Shown here: piece by piece, positions 13,487 to 25,173 of the stretch
Position numbering within the stretch: the first letter of the stretch is position 1
Layout: each line of letters starts with the position of its first letter
Assembly (NCBI GenBank): GCA_964016885.1
Contig: OZ024743.1
Coordinates: 246,822,001-246,886,000, forward strand
Direction of reading: 5' to 3'
DNA: 64,000 nucleotides
Source of the DNA: Eledone cirrhosa
Lineage: Eukaryota
Program-made: the position numbers and the translations under genes
The notes under the pieces: model-generated
Told to the model about the DNA's origin: nothing
What the model saw: only the letters and a program-made list of their open reading frames with translations
Database searches by the model: none

Positions 13487-16400
13487 ATGGACATGTCACA
13501 AACGACAGAAGCCGAGATTTCAGAACTGCGGGCTATGATCAGAGAGCGGGCTGGTCAAATTAAAGCCCTCTCAAATCAAGTAGAGAACCTGACCTTTCAA
13601 ACACATCGGCGACGCAGTAACAATCGATCCAGGCCTTTTCACAGTCGAAGATTCAGTAGTCCCAGTCAAAATCGTGTGCCTGGCAACCTCTGCTGGTATC
13701 ACACAAATTTCGGCGCACAGGCATCTAAGTGCAAAGCCCCGTGCTCTTTCCGGAATGCCACCCAGGGCCTGGCGACGACGTTCACCCCTGGTACTGAAAA
13801 GAAAAGTTGTCTATTTTTTATTAACGACCAGGCGACAGGCATCCGTTACCTTGTGGATACAGGAGCCCAGGTTAGTGTTATTCCTGTTTCACTAATCTCG
13901 GGCAAAAGACACCCAACCCTGTCCTTTCTGCAGGCAGTGAACTGATCGTCAATTCCCACTTTCGGGGAAAAATCCCTGACCCTCAATTTAGGCCTGAGGC
14001 GGCGTTTTCAATGGGTGTTCGTCGTGGCAGACCTGCCGACCCCGATCCTAGGAGCCGATTTTCTCCACCACTTCAACCTTCTGGTGGATATGAAGAACCT
14101 GAGGCTTATTGACACCACCACAAACCTCACTGTGAGAGGTATATTTACGACGCAATCCACAATGAGCCCTGTAATTTGCCCGTCAGAGCCTTCGCGGTAC
14201 AACGGCATTCTCCAGAAATACCCAGACATCACTCGCCCGGTATTTAAGGATGGTCCTATTAAGCATAGTGTCACGCACCACATCGAGACAAAGGGACCAC
14301 CCACAGCTGCCCGACCAAGGAGACTGCCTCCAGACCGATTGAGAATCGCCAAGCAGGAGTTCCAACACATGCTGAACCTCGGAATCATTCGCCCATCCTC
14401 CAGCAACTGGTCTGCACTCCTACACCTTGTTCCAAAAAAAAACGAGAATGATTGGCGACCATGTGGGGATTATCGTGCACTTAACAATTCTACAGTACCC
14501 AATAATTACCCTGTACCTCACCTACACGACTTTTCTGCCTCTCTGCAAGGCACACGCATCTTTTCCAAAGTAGATTTGGTGCGTGCATATAACCAGATAC
14601 CCATGGAGCCTGCAGACATTCTGAAGACCGCAATCACAACACCGTTCGGTTTATTCGAATTCCTGCGAATGCCGTTCGGTCTGCGCAACGCTGCACAAAC
14701 TTTTCAGCGGTTTATTGACACCGTGTTACGCGATCTACCCTTCGTATACGCGTATATTGACGACGTGCTGGTAGCAAGTACTTCCGAGCATGAACACCAG
14801 AAGCACTTAGATCTCCTTTTCCGACGTTTGGCTGAGTACGGTATCATCATCAACCCCAGCAAGTGCCTTCTCGGCGTTCCTTCACTGTCCTTTCTCGGGC
14901 ACATCATCGATAAAGATGGCATTCGTCCACTTCCCGAGAAAGTAGAAGTTATCCGCAGTTTTCCCGCACCTACATCACTTCAGAAACTGCGTGAATTCCT
15001 CGGTCTGGTGAATTTTTATAGGCGTTTTATCCCTCATTGTTCCGACGCAGCCAGACTCCTCACGGACCCTCTTCGTAACCGGACTCGCAAAAACGAAGAG
15101 ATCACTCTAAACGAGGAAGAATTAACATCTTTTAACCGCCTGAAGGAAATGTTGGCAAACGCTTCCATGCTCGTTTTCCCCAGGTCTGGTGCTCCTCTTT
15201 CACTGCTAGTGGACGCATCAGACACGGGGGTTGGAGGCGTTCTACAACAACATGTCGACGGCGTGTGGCAACCCTTATCCTTCTTTTCTAAGCGGTTGCA
15301 ACCGGCAGAAACGAAATACAGTACTTTGGCCGCAAACTCTTGGCAACCTATCTTTCGGTTAAGCATTTTCGGCACATGCTCGAAGGATCAGATTTCGTGA
15401 TCTACACGGACCATAAACCATTAGTTTATGCGTTCCGTACCAAACCTGATCGACATTCACCGAGAGAACTCCGACACCTGGATTTTGTCTCCCAATATTC
15501 AACTGATATTCGGCATATCAAGGGATCAGACAACATAGCAGCCGATGCCTTGTCCCGAATCCAGCTGAACACAATACATGTGCATTCAGGCATCGACCTT
15601 CAACAGATCGCAGCTGACCAAGAGACTGACGAAGAGTTTATCAAGCTCCGAGATTCGCCATCCCTCAAGTTTCAGCAAGTTCCCATTCCTTCTTCTCCGG
15701 GACAAATTTGGTGCGACTTTTCTACCGGTCATGAACGACCGTACGTACCACAGATGCATCGTCGACAAGTTTTTTCTGCTTTACACTGCTTGTCTCACTC
15801 GGGTATCCGGGCTACACAGAAACTCATCTCTGCTCGTTTTGTGTGGACTAACATTAACAAGGACGTGCGCGACTGGTCCAGGAGCTGCATTGCCTGCCAG
15901 AAAGCCAAAGTCCACAGACACATCAAAACTCCACTCGGCACATTCGCGCAACCTGATGCACGTTTTCATCATGTGCATATCGACATCGTCGGACCTCTAC
16001 CACCATCACAGAACTACACACACTTGCTCACCTGCATCGATCGATTTTCTCGTTGGCCTGAGGCTTTTCCCATAAATGATACCTCAGCGGAAACAGTCGC
16101 TAAAACTTTGGTTTTACACTGGGTATCACGTTATGGCGCCCCAGCGAAGATAACAATGGACAGAGGAAACTGACTCGCCTGTTAGGATGTAAACACATCC
16201 GCACGACAACTTATCACCCGCAAGCTAATGGTCTCGTGGAAAGATTCCATCGTCAATTGAAAGCTGCAATAAAAGCATATCCAGACAAGACCCTCTGGTT
16301 TAAATACCTACCACTCATCCTTCTGGGCATTCGATCGACCGTTAAAGAGGAATTCGGACACACACCTGCAGAATTAGTGTACGGCACCACCCTGGTTCTA

Positions 16401-16850
16401 CCTGGTCAGATGGTTGCTCCCATCTCTCCTCAGGATGTTCCAGACCCAGGATCATACGTACACCGTCTTCGACAATATATGTCTCACCTTGCTCCTGCAA
16501 GCACCCGTCAACAGAACACGGCCACACACGTACCTTCAGACATTACAGATTGGACACACATTTTCGTTCGAAATGACACCATCTCAGCTCATCTTCGACC
16601 TCCATATTCTGGCCCTTATCGTGTTCTAAAAAAATATCCGAAATATTTTATTCTCCATCTAGATGGTAAACAGAATTCTGTCAGCGTGGACAGATTAAAA
16701 AAAGGCATCATGGATACTGTTACAGTCTCTACACCAGAAACTCCAACAGATTGCTGTCCCAGCGAGCCACCTGTTTCATCTCCAGTCACGAGAAGCGGAC
16801 GACGCGTCCATTGGCCCGCCAAGTTGGCACAATATGTGAATTACCGTTAA
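13487..16850 (+). pseudogene. Disrupted gag-pol (shortened Gag, protease, RT, RNase H, integrase)
   Basis: Motifs: LVDTGAQVS protease, YIDD RT, LVDAS/TDHKPL RNase H, H-H-C-C zinc site and HIDIVG...ERFH integrase. Lesions: in-frame TGA at 13943, frameshift near 15328, small deletion with frameshift near 16170. Confidence 0.93.
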
Positions 16851-17782
16851 CCTCAAGTGAGTTTCTTAATCATTCTTCGTGCAAAACATTTCCATATTTC
16901 TTGTGTTTACTCTTTCCAGTTTCAAATACAATGAACTTTCTGCTTGAACAATTGCAATTTTTAGTGACCATGTGCTCATGTCACGAAGAACATTATTTAT
17001 AATGAACATTATTTAATACAAACACTATTTAAGAACAAACATTGTGTATATCATTGTGTATAACATTTTTTTTTTTTCACTCTCTTGTTTTGCAAAAATT
17101 TATATTTTTCTTGTTCTGTAACGTTGATTGTGTAATTGCCATAATTTTTATATACATACAAGGCGTGTACATATTCTGTTTTTCATGCACACTACAATTC
17201 TACGTTTGTTTCACCTTTTAGTTCATACACTGAGCAATAGATATTTGTGTCCCTCTAACTCTTACACTACAAACTGTTTTCTCTTTGATCACGCATTTCA
17301 CAAATCGCAGCCTCAAAACACTGGCCTTCTTTTTTCACGTACAGTCACTCAATAGCTCGAGAATGCCTCACTATTTTTTTTACCACATGCATTCGCTCAA
17401 GTCATATGCTGTGGAGCAAACTGTTACTTTTAGGCAGCATGCTTACGGCCATTCAGTTCACGCATTAAGGTTATCTTCACTGCCCAGTTAGACTTTTTGT
17501 CACGCAATTCACAGTCAGCTCAACCCAAATTACAACAGGCTCATTCATCACGCCTGCATAAATCTGGTCAAAATCATTTTATAGTTTATTTCTTTTTTCT
17601 CTTCCTGACACACACATCTTGCCATATCATCTTTACATCGACTCTGTCCTGTACTCGATGATCACAAAATTTCACAATGCGCTGGACACTCCTGGGGCTA
17701 TTGTCATGACAAATGCACCACTGGCCCATTACTATACGATATTTCGCTCTTTTGTTGTACAAAAGATCTGGCAGGGGGCTAA

Positions 17783-18281
17783 TGTACAGCCACCGGAAAT
17801 AACATCTGTGAAATATACAGCGTGATCTACCTGTTAGCTAGCTACTTCAACGTGAAACAAAAGAACCCTTAAAACCTACCAGAATAAACGCCTACACATC
17901 GGCTAAACATCAAACGATTGTTTCTGTATAAATAGAGTGGTTCCGAACACTTCAGCAGTCGACATTTGGCAGAGTCAGTTAGCGCATCGTTGTTCCTCGC
18001 CTCTGCCACGCTTTGTCACTCACACACGTCTTATACCTCGTATCGTCGCTTCATGTGAAAATAAATAGCTGATCGAATTTACATCTCGCCTTGCTTCGTC
18101 CTTTCAACTTGTGCTTTCGTCTGTCCATCCTCAACAGTTCTTTTAAGGGCTATATGCGACAACAGTCCTTTTAAGGGCTATCTTCAGATCTGATCAGACC
18201 GTATGCGATAACAGTCCTTCTAAGGGCTATTCTCGGATCTGATCAGAAGTAGTGACTAGACTGACTAACCACGTCGCTACA
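17783..18281 (+). repeat. 3' LTR
   Basis: Direct repeat of 12929-13427, preceded by a purine-rich PPT. Confidence 0.97.
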
Positions 18282-20632
18282 CATCTGACAACCTCTATAC
18301 ACATTACATGTCTGTACCAGCATAATATTTTCTCTTGTATACTACATCTAATTTCTCTTATTTCCAGCTTTTATCTCAGCATATTTTTCATGCATTGTTC
18401 ATATACACAAACGTATGGAGCATGCTCACTTTATTTCCTTCATTCTTTCTTTACACTGCATCACACCATTCATGCTGTTTTTGTATTCAATCACTTTGCC
18501 AACAACGCACATCTAGCTGTCTACCACTGGCACTTCTATTATCCCCTCCTTTATCACACTGTTTCTACCATCATATACTTTCTTCTATCTATCTCTTGCC
18601 CCTGGCCCTATATTTTTCATGATTTTCTCTTTTTCATGAAGTCAACTTTTCTTCCACCTCTGCTTACATTTTACTTGGTCTTCCTCCATGGCTTATTACC
18701 ACTTGGAACTCCTGGCACTTTTCACCCAACCATCATCATGTATTGAAATCAAGGATACAGAATTTAAAACAACATTCTGATGCCACAAAATACACCCAGT
18801 ACACTGTTAAATGATAGTGCTGATGTCACGAGAAAATACACCCAGTACATTATATTCAGTGGTTGGTATTAGGAAGTGTATCCAGTCATAAGAAACCATG
18901 CCAGAAATTGAACATATGAAAAAGATGTCCCCTGACACATCTACTCTCAGACCATGACAACCTATACAACCCATGCCAGTATGGAAAACAAATGTATGAT
19001 GATGATAATGAATGTGTAAGATGGCTTGGAAACAATACAAATTACATGCAAAAACAACTCTGAAACAAACTTTGTTGTCATTTGTCATACAGACATTTTA
19101 TGAAAATATTGAGTTACAAAAATGTTTGAGCAATTTTAGCGCCCTCATTGAACTGAAATAAATGACACCATACACAGCTTCACATGGTAACAGTTAGTTT
19201 GAAATTTCAAGAGCAAGTGAATATATTTAACTGTACTCTCTACGTTTGAAAGTAATAATCATAATTCCTTTCAACTACATTAATTGATATGATACTGAGC
19301 AGTCTTTCACTCAAAATACTGATATATTTGGCAGTCATTCGAGTACAAGATACAGAAACAAGTAACAGCAGTTTTGTTTGTTGATATACTTCACTGAATC
19401 GAGTCTGATGTAATTTTTATACATACATATATATCATTATATGTATATATATATATGTGTATATATAAGCCCTTATTGTACAGCCAACCATGTTACTCTT
19501 CATTCTTTAACTATATATATATATATCATTATATATATATATCCGCAATACAATGAAGAATATGGAAGCCCTGGACTCTTTATTTGATTTCTTTAGCCCC
19601 TTTGATACCAAACCACCAGAAACTTCCCCTGTTTCTATGATACATAGTTGTTTATTTTATAAAGTTTTATAATTATATAAAAAACCTTCCATCATAATTT
19701 TATGTAAGAATCTCTATGTTCCAGGCACCACCGTAAAACCAAGAAAATTAGTTATATAACCAAATCCCTCAAAATTCTTTATTTTCAAAATCATTAGGTA
19801 GTGCCTTTCATTAGCAATATGGTAACAAAAAAGGATAACAATAAATGGTAGGACCTAAAATAATGTGGGAAACAACTTAATACATATGTTTTAACCTAAT
19901 TAAAACTTTCATGACCATATTTCTAATGAAATACACTTTTTCAATTAGTTAATGAAGAATTTTGAGTTCTCTACTAAAATTAAGACTAAGACAGTAACTT
20001 AACATATACGGAACAAACAAAGTCTCAGAGAAATTTTGAAAGGTAGAACAAAAGAGCTTTTGGATTTCCCTGAAAGATAGGATTGCGTTTCTCAAAATTG
20101 AAGGGAGCTGAGAAGTTTCTTTTGAGAGGAACAGGAAGATATATATTCACAACTTCTCCTTGATTTTATGACTGATGTACCAGTTGGCCCACTCTTCTTA
20201 TAGACAGAACCTGATAACAAATCTATATTTTCCTTTATAGCAACCATTTTGATACCAACCTGTCCAAAAACCGGCACTGGTTCTATGAAATGAATCCACC
20301 CATTTTAAAGGGTTTCTACTTAAATTTAAATATTCAAACAATTTTACATAAAAACCATATGTTAAGTTACTACCTTAGTAACAACATAATGAATAATTTT
20401 AGTAAATTCTTCAAAATTTTTCATTAATTAACTAAGAGAGTATTTTATTAGAAATACAGTCATGAAAAAGTTAAAGGAAAGAAACGGTATAGGTGGAGCT
20501 TTTGATACATATGAATATGGAATTCATGACTAAGAAGCCTTTCTGCAGCAGTTTACACCATCAACAGCCATTCACTGCAAACCTTGCCAGTAATTCATTC
20601 ATATAAAGCTAGTTCTGTTTACAAATATATAT

Positions 20633-20843
20633 TTAACCTTTTTAATACCGAACTGCCCAAAACCAGCCCTGGTCTTACAACACAAAATTTTCCAGCATAA
20701 TTTCATGATAAGAACCTTCAAGTTATGTTCCAAACACCAGCTTAATCATGAAAAAGTTATGTAATCAAATTTTTGATTATTTTCAAAATGGTTTGAAAAT
20801 CATAGAAATTATTTCATAAGAAATATGGTAATGAAAGGGTTAA
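20633..20843. mobile_element. piggyBac-type MITE (TTAA-flanked), representative of about 8 degenerate copies
   Basis: Ends ttaacctttt-aatacc ... ggtaatgaaagggttaa. Related copies near 608-825, 2925-3185, 19595-19840, 20240-20475, 24205-24430, 46508-46950 and 48758-49016. Confidence 0.65.
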
Positions 20844-21491
20844 TATACATTATCATGCATTGTCCCAGTTATTTTCAACAACCCAATGGAATATTATGGA
20901 TACATTTAGTAAATGTTAATATAAATATATATTTTATTTTTTCTCTATACCTCAAAATCATTAGCAAAAAAAAAAACAAAAAAATAATAATAAAAATAAC
21001 AAAATTATGCTTCCAAAGAGTTGAAGATTTGAAATTGTTCAAATTTAAAAAAAGTATTTTACCAAGAATATAATTTTTCTCCAGACAGAAAAATATTCAT
21101 TGAGAGTTGTAGAGTTTGATTTGTTTAGTTTGATTCCAGAGACAAGTATACCAACATATTATAAATGAAGGTTTCTCTAAGTTCAGTAAGACAGTTTGTA
21201 GATTGCAGTTAAAGCAACGATACATGCACTCATATATATATAAACACACATGTACATATCTGTGTGTGTATTGTATATATATATATATAATTTTTTTTTT
21301 TATAAATCATATTTTATATACAGCAGTGACATGTCTGTGATGTAATCATATTAAACACCACACATATTCATATAAAGACTTTTTTTAAAATAAATCATAC
21401 CTTATATACAGCATCGTGACATGTTTGCAATGTAAAAATAATATTTAATGTCACGCACACTCGCATACACACGTGTGTTTATATATATATG

Positions 21492-21529
<38 letters not shown>

Positions 21530-21916
21530 TATACATGTATATATTTTAAGAATTTTTTTGATAAATCATACGTTATATACAGTATAGTGATATTTGATTG
21601 TAATGAAAAAATGTTTCAAATTTCATTTTAATATGTGATGTGTAATGATATTTTCCTGTTATATGATTGGTCAAATGGATTAACCAATGAAATGATCAGA
21701 TGAGACCATCAAACCAGCTTGTGAAATTGTAATCTTTATGCTGCATTCAATGTTGGGGAAAGCAGATAGAAAAATAAAAAAGAATCCAACGATCACATTC
21801 TGCATTGAAGTGTAACAAGAGAGGTTCGAATGGCTATGGGTAACTCAGCCAGATTCCTGGACTTTGGTTTGATACCATATCAAGAAGGAAGCTGATTGTT
21901 TTAGTAGCTGGCAATA

Positions 21917-21933
21917 TTATCTTAAGGATTCAT
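21917..21933 (-). CDS. Candidate terminal coding exon (D/N)ESLR-stop, followed by probable 3' UTR
   Basis: tttcttaaaaaaaacag|at gaa tcc tta aga taa. Phase 1 is compatible with exons E1/E2. Non-repetitive sequence continues towards about 21600. The polypyrimidine tract is weak. Confidence 0.5.
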
Positions 21934-22309
21934 CTGTTTTTTTTAAGAAAGAAAAGAACAGCATTTTAGAAAAAGTTCAAATAATTATAATGAATTACAA
22001 AGGATGACATGAATAAAGCCAGTGATGAATGTTGTGAAGAGAGATGGAACAAGATGGTTGGGTTATATGTTGAAGAAAGCTGAAAGTGACTGGGTGAGAA
22101 GAATAATGGAAATGAATGTGGATGAAGGTGGGGAAAGGGAAGCCCAAGAAAGACATGGCTTAAGACGACTGAGTAGGAAATGAAAGCCAGGGTTTTGGTG
22201 AGGAGGGATACAGATGCTAGGGCAAAATGGAGAAGCTATCACGGGGTTTGTAAAATTAACCTTTGCTTTAGCAATGAAAATGTTGTAATTATAATTGTGA
22301 TATATATAT

Positions 22310-22468
22310 AAGACATTTTTTACAATTCCATCCCGCCCGTCCCCTCAATCTATCTTCTGATGAAGGACTAGCATCCGAAATGTTAAGACCCTCTTCCTGC
22401 TATATCAAGCGTTAACCTAATATATCCCTTCCATATACTGTACCGATTGTGTTATTATTTCTGTTTAC

Positions 22469-22475
<7 letters not shown>
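22310..22475 (+). mobile_element. Short PLE pseudo-LTR-like remnant with minimal hammerhead motif (22353-22388)
   Basis: tctt CTGATGA agga-ctagca-tcc GAAA tgtt aaga, lying between TA microsatellites. Confidence 0.55.
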
Positions 22476-22509
<34 letters not shown>

Positions 22510-24626
22510 AGATCAAAAGATGGTTAAAGGAGTTCCATGTATTTTATTATGCGTATTTCAAAAACAAACATCATCATGCAATAATATTTGTGTTTTCATC
22601 AGATAAAACAGGAGAACATGATATGAAGGCTAAAAAACACTTGTGGATAGTGCAGTTTTAAATCAACATTTTGATCTTATATTATGTATACTCCAGTCCT
22701 ACAAACTGTAGAGTGCTTCTTATCCGATATCTGCATTGCTTTATTGTACTACAATAAAACTCACCCCCTACATTATATATATATATATATATTATTACAA
22801 TGGACAATAAGAACAAAAATAAATCAGAAAGAAAAAATAAAAGCCATACACACTACAGCATGAAATGCTGGTGTTGCTCTCTGAAAACTTTTGAAACAAA
22901 CTAAAATATTCATGGCATGGCCACAGAAGATAGTAACGTTGAGGTGCGAGGTGCTAGAACAGCTAAACACTTTCACAAGCATCGCCTGATATTTCAGGAA
23001 GATAAGCTGTCAACAATGACAAAAACTTAATTGTCAGTGGTCCAGGCCCCTCAAATCTCTCAAGTAATTATCAACAAATTACAGTAGTTTTACCATGATT
23101 ATATGCTTCCAATATATGTTGTAAAGTGTTTGACATTAGAAAGGGTATCCAGCCATAGAGACGATGTTCCCAGTACATATTGTAAAGTGCTTGGCATTAA
23201 GAAAGCCAAAACAAAATATGCTGGCAGGAGCTAGTCACCTGACTGGTCTGGCCTCAGCACACGGCAGCTTTCTAACCATGCAAACATGGAAAATAGAGGT
23301 TAAATGATGATGATAATGATATGGAAGTCGTAACCCATCTCCATCACACCATTTAGGATGTGTGAAGAAGAGAAAGAGGTGCTGGCTGGTGGCTCTGTGT
23401 CACCATGAAGAAGATAACAGAGAATTGAGCTGACTGGAGATATGTCATAATACAAAACACCCATACACCAGTACAAGTGTTGTGACACTACAGGTAAATG
23501 TGATGAGAGACCAGAGTCTACAGTGCTTGGCAATCAAATGGAGATAGTGTAAAGTTTGAGAGGACCTTTCAGTTTGGTCAAACATGTGACAACCTCTCTA
23601 GTGATGGTGTTATAATAAAATGCACCCAGTACACCCTGTAAAATGGTAGTACTGATGCCCCTACCCCCCAAAAAAACTGCATCTGGTATACTCTGTAAGG
23701 TAGTTGACATCAGGAAGGACATCAAGCCATAGAAACCACACCAAATATGGTATGTATGAGCAGGCTGAGGTCGTTCTGACCTGTCTGGTTATAGACTGTG
23801 ACGACATGTCCAACCTACACCAGCATGGAAAGTGGACATAAATGATGATGATGAATTAATCAATAATCAATCCTAAAGTTAAACTCATCAATCCTTTCAT
23901 GGATACGATACTCAATCACAACCAAAATTATTATTACAAATTATTATATGTTGATATCAAGAAACAACTCTCTCTCAGATAACTTCTTTCTTGACATACT
24001 TATCTATACAGAGAGAGACGCACGCACGCACGCACGCGCACACTCACCAACATTGGGATTCTGAGATGAGGTAGAAGAAAAAAATGGCCTTTGTTCAAAC
24101 CATCAGGATGTATACTTATATATGGAAATTGAGGAACTTTATTACAAATTAAATTGATAAACTGTAAAAACTATACAACAAACAAGTTTTTAAAAAATTT
24201 TTCATTCTAACCTGACCAAAACTGGCTCTGGTTCTATGAAATGAAACCACTCATTTTAAAGGATTCCTATTTAAATTTAAATCTTCCAATATAATTTTAT
24301 ACAAGAAACATGCTAAGTAATTTTCTTAGTAATGAAATAATCAACAATTTTAGTAAAAACCTCAAATTTTTCATTATTTAATTGAAATAGACTGTATTTC
24401 ATTAGAAATATGGCCATGAGAGGTTTAAGGTTACCTTCCCTATTAAAGCAAAGGTTAGCCTTGTAGGCCCCATGACAAGCTTCATATTCACAGTGGGGCC
24501 TTTTTTTGAAGCAATGTTTTACAACTAGACACACTTTCAGTTGCCTCTTAAAACCTGCATGGATAAGGTGTACCTATTCTAAACCTTATGAACTGAAAAA
24601 ACAATGATATATTAAAAATAACTCAC

Positions 24627-24710
24627 CCGTATAATCCTTCTGCTTGTCTGTGTCATCATCGGTTAAGTAACTGTCTAGAAATTCAAAGGCTTGTGAGGTT
24701 ACCTTTTCAC
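24627..24710 (-). CDS. Host gene exon E2 (84 nt), second copy of duplicated exon
   Basis: ttttattgcag|gtgaaaagg...tatacgg|gtgagtt. Encodes (G/S)EKVTSQAFEFLDSYLTDDDTDKQKDYT, phase 1-1. Confidence 0.85.
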
Positions 24711-25089
24711 CTGCAATAAAATAAGATATTTGTTTTTTTAGAATGAGAGATGGTAAAAATACTATATATATTTAAGGTTAGGAAAGGCTAGCTTGGTATT
24801 AGGAAGGGAATCCAGTTGTAGAAATCATGCCAAAATATGGAGTATATGAGCAAAATGTGACCTCCCTCATCACGTATTTGAAGATGTTGTAATGGTAGAC
24901 TCTCCTTTTTAAGTTCTGAATTTAAATCCCATAAAGGGCAACTTTACTTTTCACCCTAAAAAAATACAACTTATAAAGGTTTTTACAATAGACACAAAAG
25001 TACCGTTACCATAAAAGTATCACAAAGGGCACATTGCTGCTCCCTAGCCATGTTACTGGGGAGAAAGTGATATATGAAAAAGAACTCAC

Positions 25090-25173
25090 TATTATATTCC
25101 TTCTGTTTGTCTGTGTCATCATCAGATAAATAATTGTCTAGAAACTCAAATGCTTGTGTGGTTACTTTCTGGC
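25090..25173 (-). CDS. Host gene exon E1 (84 nt), first copy of duplicated exon
   Basis: ttttctattgcag|gccagaaag...tataata|gtgagtt. Encodes GQKVTTQAFEFLDNYLSDDDTDKQKEYN, phase 1-1. Confidence 0.85.

Larger units (their letters stand above)
12929..18281 (+). mobile_element. Gypsy/Ty3 LTR retrotransposon, CsRn1-like clade, structurally complete but with coding lesions
   Basis: 499-bp TG...CA LTRs at 12929-13427 and 17783-18281. 4-bp TSD CATC at 12925-12928 and 18282-18285. tRNA-Trp-like PBS, PPT ggcagggggctaa, CHCC-type Gag knuckle CWYHxxFGxxAxKCxxPC, and PR-RT-RH-IN order. Confidence 0.97.
12725..18745 (-). mobile_element. Old RTE 3' fragment split by the Gypsy insertion (about 12725-12928 plus 18282-18745)
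   Basis: Degenerate RTE C-terminal sequence (ggtctccctcttcc, catctaatttctct) continues across the CATC TSD. Confidence 0.55.

Noticed and set aside
13943-13945. Programmed read-through stop between gag and pol
   Set aside because: The TGA falls inside the protease domain, after the DTG catalytic motif, so it is more simply a nonsense mutation.
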